A stretch of 64,000 nt of DNA from Eledone cirrhosa (lineage: Eukaryota): contig OZ024745.1 in assembly GCA_964016885.1 (NCBI GenBank), forward strand, positions 36,394,001 to 36,458,000, in the 5' to 3' direction. Every line of letters begins with the position of its first letter. Position 1 is the stretch's first letter. A model generated the notes under the pieces. It saw only the letters and a program-made list of their open reading frames with translations, had not been told where the DNA came from and made no database searches. Of the stretch, positions 42,252 through 55,880 are shown piece after piece. Position numbers and translations under genes: made by a program.

Positions 42252-42439
42252 TGAGAGAGAGAGCGGAGCGCTATCTTGATAACGACCAGAGTAAGAAACG
42301 TTTGAACCTCTAAAGTTTACCGGCCTTTGATTCTACTAGAACCAGCACGATGATTTTTATTTTCAGTGTCTAGCTAAAGGCTTTCAAATGTTTATTCGTA
42401 AACATAACGTTTATTGCTAGATATACAAATACACATACT

Positions 42440-42502
<63 letters not shown>

Positions 42503-42699
42503 GGGGTGTATGTGTGCATGTGTGTGTGTCTGAGGATGTATGAATGTATATATGTATGTATACATGAATGTATATATGAATGTATACGTTGGCGTAGTTC
42601 CGTTTACCCTCTCACCCAGTATGTATGCAATATGTAGTTGCAACTTGATTTCGAGTAAAGCCATCACTTGATACTTAAACGGTTGTGACTGTTTAATCC

Positions 42700-43160
42700 T
42701 GTTAGGGATTTGCTTAAGGCCACCAATACCATGCATCGCAAAAACTCAGATATCAAGCGGTGCATGTGCTTGAAGCCTTTATAAAGGAGGAAAGGCTTTG
42801 CACGGGGCCAATCCCACTCTCTGATCATCGAATACATTTGCCCAAAAATTAGAACTGGGCTACATCATTGGATGCAACAGATGACGCAGGTTATATATCA
42901 GAGTGACCTTCTCCTAGAGATATACCTTAATGAAGGCTAGGGGTCTCTCGCTCCACGAAAAAAGAAATCTATTGGATGGCCGTTGACTCTTTTGAGTTCC
43001 TACGCCTTTTGACGGTATTGTTTTCATCCCTCAGGGTGCCCAAATTCACACTCGTCACCAAGCAAGCTTGGTGGAGTTTCCGGTTTAATCGCCGATGACC
43101 AGACCATGCACAGGTTGCACTGGGTTACATTTTACAAGTAGCGCTGAAGAGCGACCTGAC
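42700..43160 (-). mobile_element. RTE-type 5' UTR / non-autonomous derivative; related to 63560-64000
   Basis: CTAGGAGAAGG..ACTCTGA motif typical of RTE 5' UTRs; colinear with 63690-64000. Confidence 0.65.
43080..43156 (-). ncRNA. Candidate HDV-like ribozyme at RTE 5' end
   Basis: Order P1 GGTCG ... P2 CCAG, P3 TGC, 7-nt L3 AACCTGT, P3' GCA, P1' TGGTC, P4 GTC..GAT, P2' CCGG; better-preserved 3' half (GG-GTC..GAC-TAAA-CTGG) at ~63966-64000. Confidence 0.4.
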
Positions 43161-43284
43161 ATAAAAACATATATACATACATATATACATACATACATAT
43201 ATACATACATACATTCATACATATATACATACATACATTCATACATATATACATACATAGATTCATACATATATACATACATAC

Positions 43285-43620
43285 ATGATGGCTGCCCCCA
43301 CGATATCGAGTATGGCCATTCAACGATATACCATTATTAATAATTATTAATTAATTCTATAGTGCAATGCGCGAAGATATTTTTTAAAGCGAGGTAAGAC
43401 TGTGCACTGAGCCAATCCCACTCTCTGAGCGACAGTAGCTTTAACCCGAAAAGAAGAAAAGCTCAACTTCATCGGTAACTACTGAGCCGCAGGTTTTATA
43501 TGGGAGTTATCCGAGTTTGCTGAGTTGCCTTCTCCTAGAAGAATGCCCTGACAAAGGCTAGGAGTCCTTCATTCCCAGTGGTTTAATCGCGCGATCGGGT
43601 ATCCAGCCCGACTATTTCTA
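43285..43620 (-). mobile_element. Short bipartite non-autonomous RTE-related element
   Basis: RTE 5'UTR-like CTAGGAGAAGGCAACTC joined to the tail shared with 33585-33796. Confidence 0.55.
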
Positions 43621-43762
43621 TGTCCCCGTGCATATACACACACACATGCACCCATGTACATACACATATACATACACATATACATAGATGTGTACACAGG
43701 GCAGAAGAACTCATTATAGTGTACATACATACATACACGTTATCATTATCTGATAGAACTTT

Positions 43763-43858
43763 GGTTAACTATGGCTTTCATCCTTACGGGGTCGATAAAA
43801 TAAAGCACCAGTAATACACTGGGATAATTGCTGGCCTTGTGCCAAATGTAGAAACAAT
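43763..43858 (+). mobile_element. 5'-truncated main SINE with diverged TSD
   Basis: CTTTCATCCTTACGGGGTCGATAAAATAAAG; flanks ATTATCTGATAGAACTTT / ATTATTTGAAAGAACTTT. Confidence 0.8.
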
Positions 43859-44299
43859 TATTTGAAAGAACTTTCAATTATAGGTATAAGATTGACGTTC
43901 ATTTAGTAGAACCATTAGTCATAGCTTGGTGTTTCGTCGGAATTTCGCACGTCTTAGCTTTCATGACTAAAGAAGCTATAACAATCACATAGGAAAAGTA
44001 CAAAATGGCAAACACGCCCCCTCCCACACAAACATACTTCTCAATTGCTAATTAATGTTCACGTTACTGACACGTTAAATCAGTTATTGTCTACCGCAGG
44101 GAACACTTGAGTAATAAATCGAGGAATAAATCGCAAATTCATATTAGGCAAGGTGGTAATAGTAGTCGACGTGGGTAAGTTGTAAGAATGGATAAACCAA
44201 AATAGGTTGTATACCCAAATGTCTACGCACACATACGGTTATTGAAGTGCGCATACAGAGAGCTACACACATATATGTGTGTAGTAAATGTATATATAG

Positions 44300-44350
44300 A
44301 GTTTCAGAAGATACCGTTAATGGTGAATGCAGCGATTCTTTGCTTAAACT
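44300..44350 (+). ncRNA. Third copy of the CAGAAGA hammerhead-like RNA
   Basis: AGTTT-CAGAAGA-T-ACC GTTAAT GGT-GAATGCAG..TTGCT-T-AAACT (GAAA mutated to GAAT). Confidence 0.5.
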
Positions 44351-44366
44351 TTAATCTGTTATTTTA

Positions 44367-44430
<64 letters not shown>

Positions 44431-44620
44431 TTTGTGATACTTGGGGAGAGTCATATTGTTATATATATATATATATTTATTAAAATAAAAGATTAAGGGT
44501 TCTTATATATTTGATATATATTTATACTTATCGAGCCCTCTTTGGATTCTAGTCTTTAAATTTATTATTATTACTATATATATATATATACACACACGCG
44601 CAGATATTTATATATATAGT

Positions 44621-45354
44621 ATAGCTAAGATTTTCTTTAGGGCCTTAGACAAATGCTTCCCTAGATCGCACAGATATTATAAAATATTCAATAGAAATAC
44701 CATCAAGTTGTCCTACTCCACAACTAGTAACATAGCTCAGAATATAGCTAAGATGAATTATAGCAGACTTAGGACAATGGCAGCTCTATTGAAGAACTGA
44801 CTCATACACGTGAGGCGAGTCGGGTCTCTCCAACCCCAGGGAATTTACTCATAGAGCAGACAGGAACTGAGACCCGACCTCAAAGGTACCGTGGTCCATC
44901 TGGAACTACCCTGGTCGATAGCAAAAAATGTAACTGCAGAAGCACCTCCACCTGCCCCGTGGCTGGGAAATGCCTTACCAAAAACATAGTCTACGACTGT
45001 AAGGTCTCCACTCCTGATAGAACCTTTGGGTATGTTGGGGCAACTGCCACAGAATTTAAGGATAGATGGTATAATCACCGCGTTACCTTTAATAGATTAG
45101 ATAAAAAAAATAGCGCGGCACTTTCTGAATTAATCTGGAAGCTTAAACATCAGAATATAGAGCACTCCTTATCCTGGTCCATAGTTTGCTCGGCCCAACC
45201 TTATAACGGCAGCACTGGCGTCTGCAATTTATGTATAGCTCAAAGTTTTAATATTATTAGAGGTAGCCCCCTATTAATTAATAGGAGAGCAGATCTTTTC
45301 AGCAACTGCCAACATAGAACCTCGAAAACCTTCCGCAGGATTTTTGGAAGGTAA
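44621..45354 (+). pseudogene. PLE RT-thumb + Cys linker + GIY-YIG endonuclease (Naiad-like), one frameshift
   Basis: FFRALDKCFPRSHRYYKIFNRNTIKLSYS, frameshift ~44780, CNCRSTSTCPVAGKC, IVYDCKV..YVGATATEFKDRWYNH..LSELIWKLK..CNLC..LINRRADLFSNCQH. Confidence 0.85.
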
Positions 45355-46296
45355 CCTACCACTAACTCCTCCCTCTCTACTTTAGCCATAGAGTTCCCTC
45401 AATACACAGACAGTCACACACTCAGGTAGTTAGACGGCTAAGATTGTTTGCACACTTACAAACGATACTCGGCCTGTTTCCACGGAGTTCTCACAGCTGA
45501 GTGCACTTTTTTAGAATACCTAGCTAGTAAATAGTTAGATTGATTACGCACTGAGTATACCTAGTTAGTAATTGATTGCACACTCAGACATGAACGATTA
45601 CGCGCACCTACCTTTACTTTAAGATACCCTAACCATTGAGTTCTCTCAGTTGGGATATAGCTAGTCGTATTACACACTTAGTTAGGACCGATTACGCTCT
45701 CTATACATAACTCTACACACAGTACCCGTTTTCTTTAGACATTGAGCTCCCACAATTACGACTGTCACGTTCCTACCGACTGAACACTACACTAGGTTTT
45801 GATCTGTGAACATATAACCATGGAGGACTCACTGTTACGGATTGAACAATAATACTGACACACCATTAATGGGCCTACACACATCCTTTGGATTTTACTA
45901 TCCTGTGTTTTTTTTTACTTCACCTTCTGTGTTGGATAACACACCTCCACCACTCAAACAACTATCTTAAAAGCTCATTGGCCCATATGACGGGAAATCG
46001 CACTTACGGACGCATTTACCCAATACCCAACCCTACACGGAGCCCTTTGCTGGCTTACATTGCGGTTGCTTGCACACACTGATTTGGTGACTCGGATTCT
46101 CAATGGGACAGCGGTACATACTGTGTTCGATATTAGCTGATTACTTGCTCTTCACATGGATGTGTATATACCCGGACATACCGTTTTTTTGGACGATTTG
46201 GATGTGTATATACCATAACATACACTTGAAGATATGGATGTTGCAATTCAATCTATACACGTATAGCAGAACACTGAACTGAACTTACTTGCTTGT

Positions 46297-46382
<86 letters not shown>

Positions 46383-46894
46383 ATGGGGCGTTGGTTAAAC
46401 CAATATTTCCAATTTACATCGTCAAATTGTTATTTGACCAATATAGCTTCTGTTATTTTGTGATCTAACTTTCGGTGAGTGCTGTGTTGGTACACTCTTA
46501 TATTTGTTTCCTTATATTTGTTTTTTCTCAGACATCGCTTCGGTGTGTGTGAGAGTGTGTGTGTACCCACCCACACTAATTCTACATGTTTAATACTGTG
46601 TTGATGTGTGTATATCTATGTATATATTTTTCTTTGACCTCGAGCCGGTGTATGTGGGTGTGGAATGTGTGTGTACCCACTCACATTAACTGTGACTGAC
46701 TGTATCCCTACAGATTTGATTGATGTCCAGCGTCTTTTGCAGCGATAGAAATCTGAAAACTTTTATGACCGCAACTGAAGTTAATAGCAGTCGCCGTGTC
46801 TCTGACTGGTGTGTCTTCATATGTGGGAATGAATTCTGTGAGAGAACATCGTTATTTTTCTCCCTCATATCAAGAATTTGAAGACAATTCATTT

Positions 46895-46968
46895 TCACCT
46901 GATGAGATCAGTGATAATCGATCATGGCTTCAAAATCGATCTATCTCTTATTGAAACATGCGTCGTGA
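46895..46968 (+). ncRNA. Type-I hammerhead with long stem II
   Basis: TCAC-CTGATGA-..GATAATCGAT..ATCGATCTATC..-GAAAC ATGC GTC-GTGA; GUC triplet. Confidence 0.75.
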
Positions 46969-47082
46969 TTAAATGATTGGAATTTTACCTTGCATTCGGA
47001 TTTTCATGTTGATATATATATATATATATGACGAAGGACGTGTGGTAAGGAACCAGATGGAACCGTCTGGGTTAAACATTTT

Positions 47083-47145
<63 letters not shown>

Positions 47146-47489
47146 GTGAGTACGACTATACATATACACACAGAAGCATACATATGTACACATGTGCAAA
47201 CACCAACAGGGACACACAAATAGCGCAGACTACACCATACTAGCGTCCTACATGACTAATGAGAAGTGCGATGGCAAATGAGAGAATGGAAGAAAAATTA
47301 TAATAAAGATAATGTAGATGACTATTCAGTCAGAAGTAATACACAGATGTTTGAGTGTATCACACATAGTTGTGAGCAGAGAAAGGAATGGGGTATCAAT
47401 AACAAGATGATGCATATTTAAGCACAACCTTGCGTGATACGTATCTAATTGGAGAGGAAATTGGATTGGTGGACGTAATAATCATATAA

Positions 47490-47612
47490 TTCTTTCTACT
47501 TTTGGCACAAGGCCAGCAATTACTCCAGAGTATTACTGGTACTTTATTTTATCGACTCCGTAAGGATGAAATGCAAAGTTAACCTCGACGGGATTTGAAC
47601 TCTGACCGTAAA
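47490..47612 (-). mobile_element. 5'-truncated main SINE
   Basis: ACTGGTACTTTATTTTATCGAC..GGATGAAA..GGGATTTGAACTC. Confidence 0.85.
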
Positions 47613-47992
47613 GCGACGTATCATATAATGAAGTATGAATTGTCTGCAGAAATAGCTCATGGGAATTTGAATACTCATTGTGTAATTGCTGAGTGAAACA
47701 GGGTATGGGTCCGAACAATTAATTGATCTCTGAGATCTAACGTGAGAATAAGAATTTTCGAAATTTTGAATATATATATTTAAATCCCAGAAATATTGTG
47801 ATTGCGTCATTATTTTTACATGATGTAGATTAAAGCATCTGATAGAGACTGGGATATTTATCAAATATATTTAGAAATATTTATAAAGGAGAGGGAAAAG
47901 CTAAAGAACCTGATTGTCAGAACGAAATGGGGAAACAGTTTCCATATATATGTATATATATGTAAGTGTGAGTGTTAGTGTATGTCTGTGTT

Positions 47993-48103
<111 letters not shown>

Positions 48104-48261
48104 ATACTTTTGGAGGGTCATGTTGCCAATAAGAAACACACGCACCAGTTGCTTTCACTTCAATTTATTATATATTTATAAATTTATAAATTTACAAATC
48201 TACAAATTTATAAATTTCTGGTTGGTTGGTTGGTTCCACAACCAGATAGTTGTTTATATAT

Positions 48262-48306
48262 AGTCATAGTCCTTTCGTCACACACTCTGTGACCTCTTCA
48301 GTGACT
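48262..48306 (-). ncRNA. Intact minimal type-I hammerhead ribozyme
   Basis: AGTCA-CTGAAGA-G-GTCAC AGAGTGT GTGAC-GAAAG GA CTA-TGACT; all stems pair. Confidence 0.88.
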
Positions 48307-48511
48307 GGGGATTCCTTTCTTTGTTTCTGTGCCTTTCCTTTCTTCTGTCCTACGACATTTTGTTTCTGTGTGTGTGTTGTGAGCTCAGTTTGCGCATGCG
48401 CCACATCCGGGTGTCTGTGTGTGTTTGTGTTCATTTATCTATTTGTTTATTTATTTACATGTTATTGGTTGGTTGCTGGTTCTATGTGTGTGTTTGTCTT
48501 CATTTTGTCCT

Positions 48512-48745
48512 TAATTGTAAGTTGTGATGTTGCTGTTCCACTCATATTTTCTATTTAATTTTGGTTGTAATTCTTTTATGTTTATTGCCTCTGTAATTTG
48601 TCTAAACATTGCATCTTTTCTGTGTGTAGATTCTATTTTTATTTCTATGTTCTCTAATTTACCCTTGTGTTCTATCTTAGCATGTTGGTAGAGTACAGAT
48701 GATTCTTTATTATCTTGAAGGTCTCGCCAGTGTTCATTTATCCGT
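48512..48745 (-). pseudogene. PLE GIY-YIG endonuclease C-terminal half (clade uncertain)
   Basis: RINEHWRDLQDNKESSVLYQHAKIEHKGKLENIEIKIESTHRKDAMFRQITEAINIKELQPKLNRKYEW; plus-arm copy 48748-48918 lacks 21 aa. Confidence 0.8.
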
Positions 48746-49122
48746 TACGGATAAATGAACACAAGGGTAAATTAGAGAACATAGAAATAAAAATAGAATC
48801 TACACACAGAAAAGATGCAATGTTTAGACAAATTACAGAGGCAATAAACATAAAAGAATTACAACCAAAATTAAATAGAAAATGTGAGTGGAACAGCAAC
48901 ATCACAACTTACAATTAAGGACAAAATGAAAACACACACACACATAGAACAAGCAACCAACCAATAACATGTAAATAAATAAACAAATAGATAAATGAAC
49001 ACAAACACACACAGACACCCGGATGTGACGCATGCGCAAACTGAGCACACAACACACACACAGAAACAAAATGTTGTAGGACAGAAGAAAGGAAAGGCAC
49101 AGAAACAAAGAAAGGAATCCCC

Positions 49123-49167
49123 AGTCACTGAAGAGGTCACAGAGTGTGTGACGAAAGGACTATAACT
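49123..49167 (+). ncRNA. Minimal type-I hammerhead (right arm; one stem I mismatch)
   Basis: Same as 48262-48306 with TGACT changed to TAACT. Confidence 0.8.
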
Positions 49168-49528
49168 ATATATAAACAACTATCTGGTTGTGGAACCAAC
49201 CAACCAACCAGAAATTTATAAATTTGTAGATTTGTAAATTTATAAATTTATAAATATATAATAAATTGAAGTGAAAGCAACTGGTGCGTGTGTTTCTTAT
49301 TGGCAACATGACCCTCCCAAAGTATAACAATATCGGTTTCAACACACGATTTCAGATAAAGAATCTTGCTAAACAAATTCAGAAACGAAATATATATATA
49401 TATAAATAAATGGAAGCAATATTTATTTTATATATTTCAAGGGTATTATACTCCAGAAAACTTGTAGAGTGCTTCGAATCTGTTATAAATAAATTTGTTG
49501 AATAACCAACAAATTAAATATCTCTTTG

Positions 49529-49574
<46 letters not shown>

Positions 49575-49575
<1 letters not shown>

Positions 49576-50070
49576 TAGCTGAGGTACCCGGTAATACCTG
49601 AGAGCGGGGTATTCCCAGTTCCCATTAAAATGCCCAATGCTTCTCCGACCAAAAATGAAATAAAAATATAGGACAGATAACGTAAAACGAAGACAAATTC
49701 ATTTACGAAACAAAATACACACAAATATTGTTGATTGCATTGGTTAGGCGAAAAAAATGTTTGTCAGAGAAGTTGAGTGTTGCTATAAGGAAAAAAATAG
49801 AACCCCCATTAGGGTGTCTTAATATTATTGAAATTTGCTGAAATCCTGTGACTAGGCATAATATGTTATCATTTACCTATGGGTTAGATTTCATATAAAT
49901 CGAAGGGAAAAAACTTTCAGCGGGGTTTTGATCCCCTGGGGAACGCTTTGATTAAAATAAAATGGGTATGAGCCCCACACACGTGTCAAGTTTCATGAAG
50001 ATCGGTTTGGTAGTTTTTGAGTTTTAGGTTCACAAACAATCAGACAGAAATTGCCATTTATGTATATAGA
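49575..50070 (-). mobile_element. Non-autonomous Helitron
   Basis: Minus strand starts A|TCTATATACATAAA and ends with hairpin AGGTA..TACCT then CAG CTAG|T. Confidence 0.75.
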
Positions 50071-50986
50071 TATATATATTAATTAATTAATCAATTAGAA
50101 TGCAGTAAGTTTTTATTTCATCACTTCCTAGTTCTTCAATAATTGCTGTTGAACGTATTTCGATTATATATATATTATGTAATTCTAAACCACTGCCTTC
50201 TAAGGCATTATTATAACAACATTACGTCGAGAAGTCAATGCTACTGACACAGGTGTTTATTGTAATCGGAAATTAATAAAAGATTGATTCAGATGAAAAT
50301 ACCGTTATGTATCCTAAAGGCCATTAGAAAATTTCATAAATATAATTATATAAAATAGTCTAATCACTTTTGGGGCAAATATTATATGTATATGTAAACC
50401 ACATGTGATGGTTAAACATTTAAAATATCATAGCATCAAATATATTAGATTATTTTAGAAAATGTTAGGTAACAACTAATGGTTGTTTTGTATAATTCAT
50501 TCTAAATATATATTACACAATATCTATAATATATTTGGCATTGTTGAGTGGTTACAAAATTCCCATCGCAATTATTAGGCCTCTAGCTCGATCCGACAGT
50601 ATCACATCTTGGGCTATATATTGGGTTTAAAATAAACATAAGGAACTTGTATGTGTTATTTGATTATCAAAATGCACACTGTCGTTTGTTTTATTCGTTG
50701 AGCCATAGCTATTCAGGGACACCACCTTAAGGGGTTTGAGTCAATCATATTCACCGTCGAACCATTAAGTTTCCAGGCATAAATATACAGTAAATATTAA
50801 CACAGACAAGGAAACACACACACACAAACATATGTATGTATATATATATATATGTAAACATATGTATATATATATATATATGTATGTATATATATATATA
50901 TATTTATTTGCTCTACGGTTCTTATATATTTGATATATATTTTCCTTATCGAGCCCTCTTTGGATTTTAGACTTCAATTTTATTAT

Positions 50987-51040
<54 letters not shown>

Positions 51041-51046
<6 letters not shown>

Positions 51047-51458
51047 GAATATAAAAGAAAGATAAACACAGATATATACATATATGTGTTCAAATCGTAA
51101 GGGACTACCAGGATACTAATTTATCACCCACTGATGAGCAAGAATCGTTATTCCTTTTCACAATTAACTTTGCAAAACACCATAGCCAAACGCTCTCTAG
51201 GTGATTGGTAGTTACCGGTTTGTATTTATTTTCTTGATGTATCCTTAAATTGAGTCTGGCAAACCGTATTGTCCATAGTTTGTATTCTTTTCACCTTAGT
51301 GAATCTGCTCCCTTACGATTTGAACACATATATGTATGTATCTGTGTTTATCTTTCTTTTATATTCAATTATAATATACGGCTCGGAAAAATCTCTTTCC
51401 CAAAGCTATTTTATTGTAAGAGACTACTTTGAGTTTCTAACTCAATATATACCTTTGA
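51041..51458 (+). mobile_element. PLE-type pLTR with inverted 5' piece and decayed hammerhead (51126-51209)
   Basis: Arms 51041-51104 / 51310-51373; CTGATGA-GCAA..TTGC-AAAACACC..GGTG; ~85-bp tail related to 12985-13036; (TA)n flanks. Confidence 0.7.
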
Positions 51459-52195
51459 TATATATATATACACACACACACACAGACATATATATATATA
51501 TATATATATATAACGATGGGGTTCCACAAACTTTCCATCAAGCAATTCTACTCACAAGGCCTTGATCCACCGCAGGCTATAGTAGATATGCATGATTACC
51601 AAATCGTGCGTGATTACCAAATCAGACACCGATATGCGCTTATAGTGAGTAAATGAGCCTATTTTGTGACAGAAACTTTTATATTCTAATTAAAATTCTT
51701 TTACTAGTAAATTCGCTACCTTCTGAGATCAAAATCATTTGGCATCGGCTTCGTTTCTCATGTTACCAAATTATTTGAAATAAATACTAGTTATGTCCGG
51801 ATATCTTTTCAAACCACCAATTTGTGCCGCTGTATAATTGTAATACATCAATCAATAAAGATTTTTCTCTAGAATCCTTTTAAAGTATGGCAGTTAAAAG
51901 GTGTTACAAACCAAATTAAAGACGCAGAACATTTTGTGGCCGAGTTGATTTTGACGTTCTTAAGTCCATTGTTATAACTTGACTTTCCTTCGGTCAATTG
52001 ATTAATTAATTTCAATCATAATCAAGTGTAAAATCTTTTAGGATTCGAATGAAGCCAAGCTAGTGAATGTTGATACGAAGTGGATATGATTTGGTGAGTT
52101 GTAATACACAAATCAGACGTCACATTATATATATAAGAATATCTTCATTTAACTTAAAATGTGATATAAGCTGACGCATGTTATTCTTCAATATT

Positions 52196-52284
<89 letters not shown>

Positions 52285-52447
52285 AAAATGTATATATATA
52301 TATGTATATGTATATACATATATAAATATATGTGTGTGTGTGTGAGCGTAATGCAAAAGACAAATAGAAATAACAAACCAATCGGCACAGTATAATGAAG
52401 ATATATACATGTTTTACGCTTGATATAACAAGATAAGAATCTTACCG

Positions 52448-52494
<47 letters not shown>

Positions 52495-55400
52495 GAGTGT
52501 GGGTGTGTTTGTGTGTGTGTGTATATATATATATATATCACATTTTAAGCTGACTTCAGTTAGCGTAAAGATAGATTAATGAATGTAAGCTACTTCAGTC
52601 TGTATTACATATGTTAGAGCTCGTTAAAGTAGGTAAGTAAATTTTCCGTGTCTAGCAAAATAAATAAATGATATATAATAAATAATAAAATATACAATAA
52701 AAAATACAATACAAAATTAACATTTGAATCAACAAAAGACAAGTTATATTCAATCGTGTTTATTTATGCACAAACAGCAGACTAAATGAAAACCATAGGT
52801 CTCGCCACCGTAAACATTGCACGAATGATTATCTGTAATTGTTTTCTACAAAATACATCACATCTAATCTATAAACTCATGAAACTTCTGATGACAGCTG
52901 AGGTCGATTTCCGTTAATGGTTACTTTGTGGAGTCAATATCGGCAGACCAGATTTTCACACATTTACATACTTCAGAAGCTGACATCTGATTTATTTAAT
53001 ACGCTCGATAACTCTATCCGAACGATATATGAAAGGGAAAAAAAATGAATTTACCATAGTTAAGCTGTATATATTTATAATAACAAAGACAAAAGATTTT
53101 AAATTGATGCCAATTTCCGAAATAGCAACAATTCGTAAAATTAAATTTTAGGTTAATATAATAGACCATACAACATCAGTCATTTCACCTATAACAGTGG
53201 AAAAATCTGTAATTTATAGCTCATAACTACACAGGTTTAGCTGACCTCGTATAATATAGCATTTCATAGAAGGTTTCTTAATTGTTTTTAATGATAGGAA
53301 CCCAATTCATGAAAAGCAACGTGAAATGAAGTGTCTTGCTCAAGAACATAACACCATTGCATAATCTATAACAATGCAAATAATTGATTAAAATTGTTTA
53401 GTTTTCAGCGGTTTCTTGAAGAAATCGACAACATTATTAGTTGCATTTAAACACATCTTTCAAGCTGGAGAAATCCATTTCCTTTGCTGAGTATTTTCTT
53501 TGGAACATTTCGATAATCATTTATTAAATTAGATAGGTTTGTTATCCAGTTATCAAGATACAGCAATGGAACTTTCTTCTTCTTCTTCTTCTTCTTCTTC
53601 TTCTTCTTCTTCTTCTTCTTCTTCTTCTTCTTCTTCTTCTTCTCATCACTCTCATCATCATCGGGTTCTAGTTATATACAAAAAAACATACTAAAACACA
53701 CGGTGCCCAATGACTTAAAACACATAAATCAGAGTTTCTGACGCGATAATTACATACAATCAATAAAATCGTATGTTAACAACCTCTATAATAACATATG
53801 CTAGCATCTAAAAAAAAAACTATATAATAACAGAAAGGTCAATATCTTATTCCTACTTGACAATGGAGCATTTAAGTTTTGGTTAGCATTGTAGAACTTA
53901 TTCATTAAAACTTGACATAGCTATCGAATGAAGTACTTTAAGGATACAGTTCATGAATCGATAATCAAGTGTCGCATGTTCTTAAAAGAATAATAACATT
54001 AATTGAGGTTTAGGTTTATTACGTAGAAGAGTATATTTAAATTTAATATCTTTCTCATCCCCACTAGACGTCATCTCAGCTCCCTGTCAGAAAACACCGA
54101 GACGCCAGTCTGTTGTAGATTTAATGCCCAGTTGTTGTTAGGGCTGATGCGCCACCACCATCAACTAATTGAACTTTAGCAATGTGAAATGAAGTGTCTT
54201 GCTCAACACCAAAAGTATAAGAAAATGGAACCTACGGCCTCATAGTTATGAGCTAAACTGTTCCGTGATAGCTACTATCTGGTAGCCGAATGATCTAAGG
54301 CGTTTCAGCCGTGAGTATACTGTATTTTCTTTACAGCGTTAATAAATGTATTTTCATAATGTTGATTAGCTCTTGGCCAAACTTAATTGAGCGAACGTAT
54401 AATTAAAAAACATTCTATCCATGATTATCCCTTCTGTCTGTATTTATTTTGGAATACGTTATCCAATACCCATTCATTGTTTCAACGGTATGGTGTGGTT
54501 TGAGGGAGATTTGACTACTAATTATATCAGGTCGAGCTACCAGATATACTGTTCTCATAAACCGATAATTAATATCTCTGGTCAATTAAAGGAAGAAGAT
54601 TAAGAATTCTCAGGTGCATTCCAAATATTGGAAATTGATTGCTTGGATAGTAAAGTATTCACAGTATATTGGCCTATTTACTGAATTTTAAGTGTTCCCA
54701 TCTAATCCCCTAGCGTTCTACTCTATTCACAGGATACAGTACTAAGTTTTTATTCTTCTACAGCATGTATATAACAGTATAGTGTAGCTTGTCAATGTTC
54801 AATCGAAAACTGGCCATATGTAAAACCTTCCTGTAAATACGAAGTAAGGACAAATATAAGAACTGTGCACAAATCTTCTCATCTGAAATTATGAGATTCC
54901 TTATATTAGATATCAATATATTGATATAATCTATGTGTAGGCTTTCTCAGTCATGACCATGGTGCCTATTCTATCAGTTTCGACGATGGGCATTAGGACC
55001 ATTCAATCAACTGAATACATGTGAATACATTTCTAATGGGTTGAGTATTACATAGACACGTGTTCCCTTAATGAAATTTACAAACTTCTTTAACGTGGCA
55101 CATTATGTGATAAGGCTGGGCATTTGAATTACAGGTTCAGACGATCTGACGGACATCTATGGTTTCCAACAACCCAATTTCACTCACACTGTTTTGATCG
55201 ATCCGAGCCTATGATAAATACACTTGCATAAGATGCCACACAGCGGGATCAAACACTTTAATGCAAAACGGACTTCTTCACCATGCAGATATACCTGCGT
55301 TCATATTTATAATTAGTTCATCTATTGTGCAAGCCTGTGGCCTAGATGTTAGATTGATGGATTTCCGATCATATCGGGGGGTTAGTGCTAGGGTTAGGGT

Positions 55401-55772
55401 TAGAGTCCAGGTGGATGGAGCGTTTCAGAATTCGAGTGAAGCTTCCTTGTATTAGTTGGATTTAATCGTATTCTACCCCGTTTTTACTTTGCATTTATAT
55501 GCTTCTCTGATTCAGATATATTTTAGCCATCTTTTCATTGGGAAGTTCAGTGTATTAGTGATAAATAACCTTCTGTGTGATGTATATATGTAATTTTGAA
55601 ATTGATTGCATTGACACTTCATTAGATAAGTTAGTTTTGCTCAAACCTACTTTGGAGTTTATTTAAATTCACAGTACTTGACACGCTTAAAGAAATGTTT
55701 TATAAGTATAAAATGTTGCTGCAGGTGTTATTGTTCATGATCATGATAATTATGAGGGTAAATATATTGATT

Positions 55773-55880
55773 CCTGGCTTAGTGGTTAGAGAATTATATT
55801 CGTAATCCTAAGGTTGCGAGTTTGATTCCCGGACCGGACGATGTATTACGCCCTTGAACAAGACACTTTATTTTCTGGTG
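55773..55880 (+). mobile_element. CORE-type tRNA SINE (fragments also at 57028-57093 +, ~53312-53355 -, ~54177-54260 -)
   Basis: TGGCTTAGTGGTTAG A box, GTTTGATTCCC B box, CCTTGA.CAAGACACTTTATTT CORE motif. Confidence 0.7.

Larger units (their letters stand above)
44621..47011 (+). mobile_element. 5'-truncated PLE with ~1.6-kb 3' region ending in a hammerhead-bearing pLTR
   Basis: Endonuclease ORF, long UTR, sense-strand hammerhead at 46895-46968, AT microsatellite at both ends; continuity of the UTR is inferred. Confidence 0.65.

Noticed and set aside
52887-52915. CTGATGA motif (also at 12413)
   Set aside because: No stem II/GAAA arrangement; chance heptamer.
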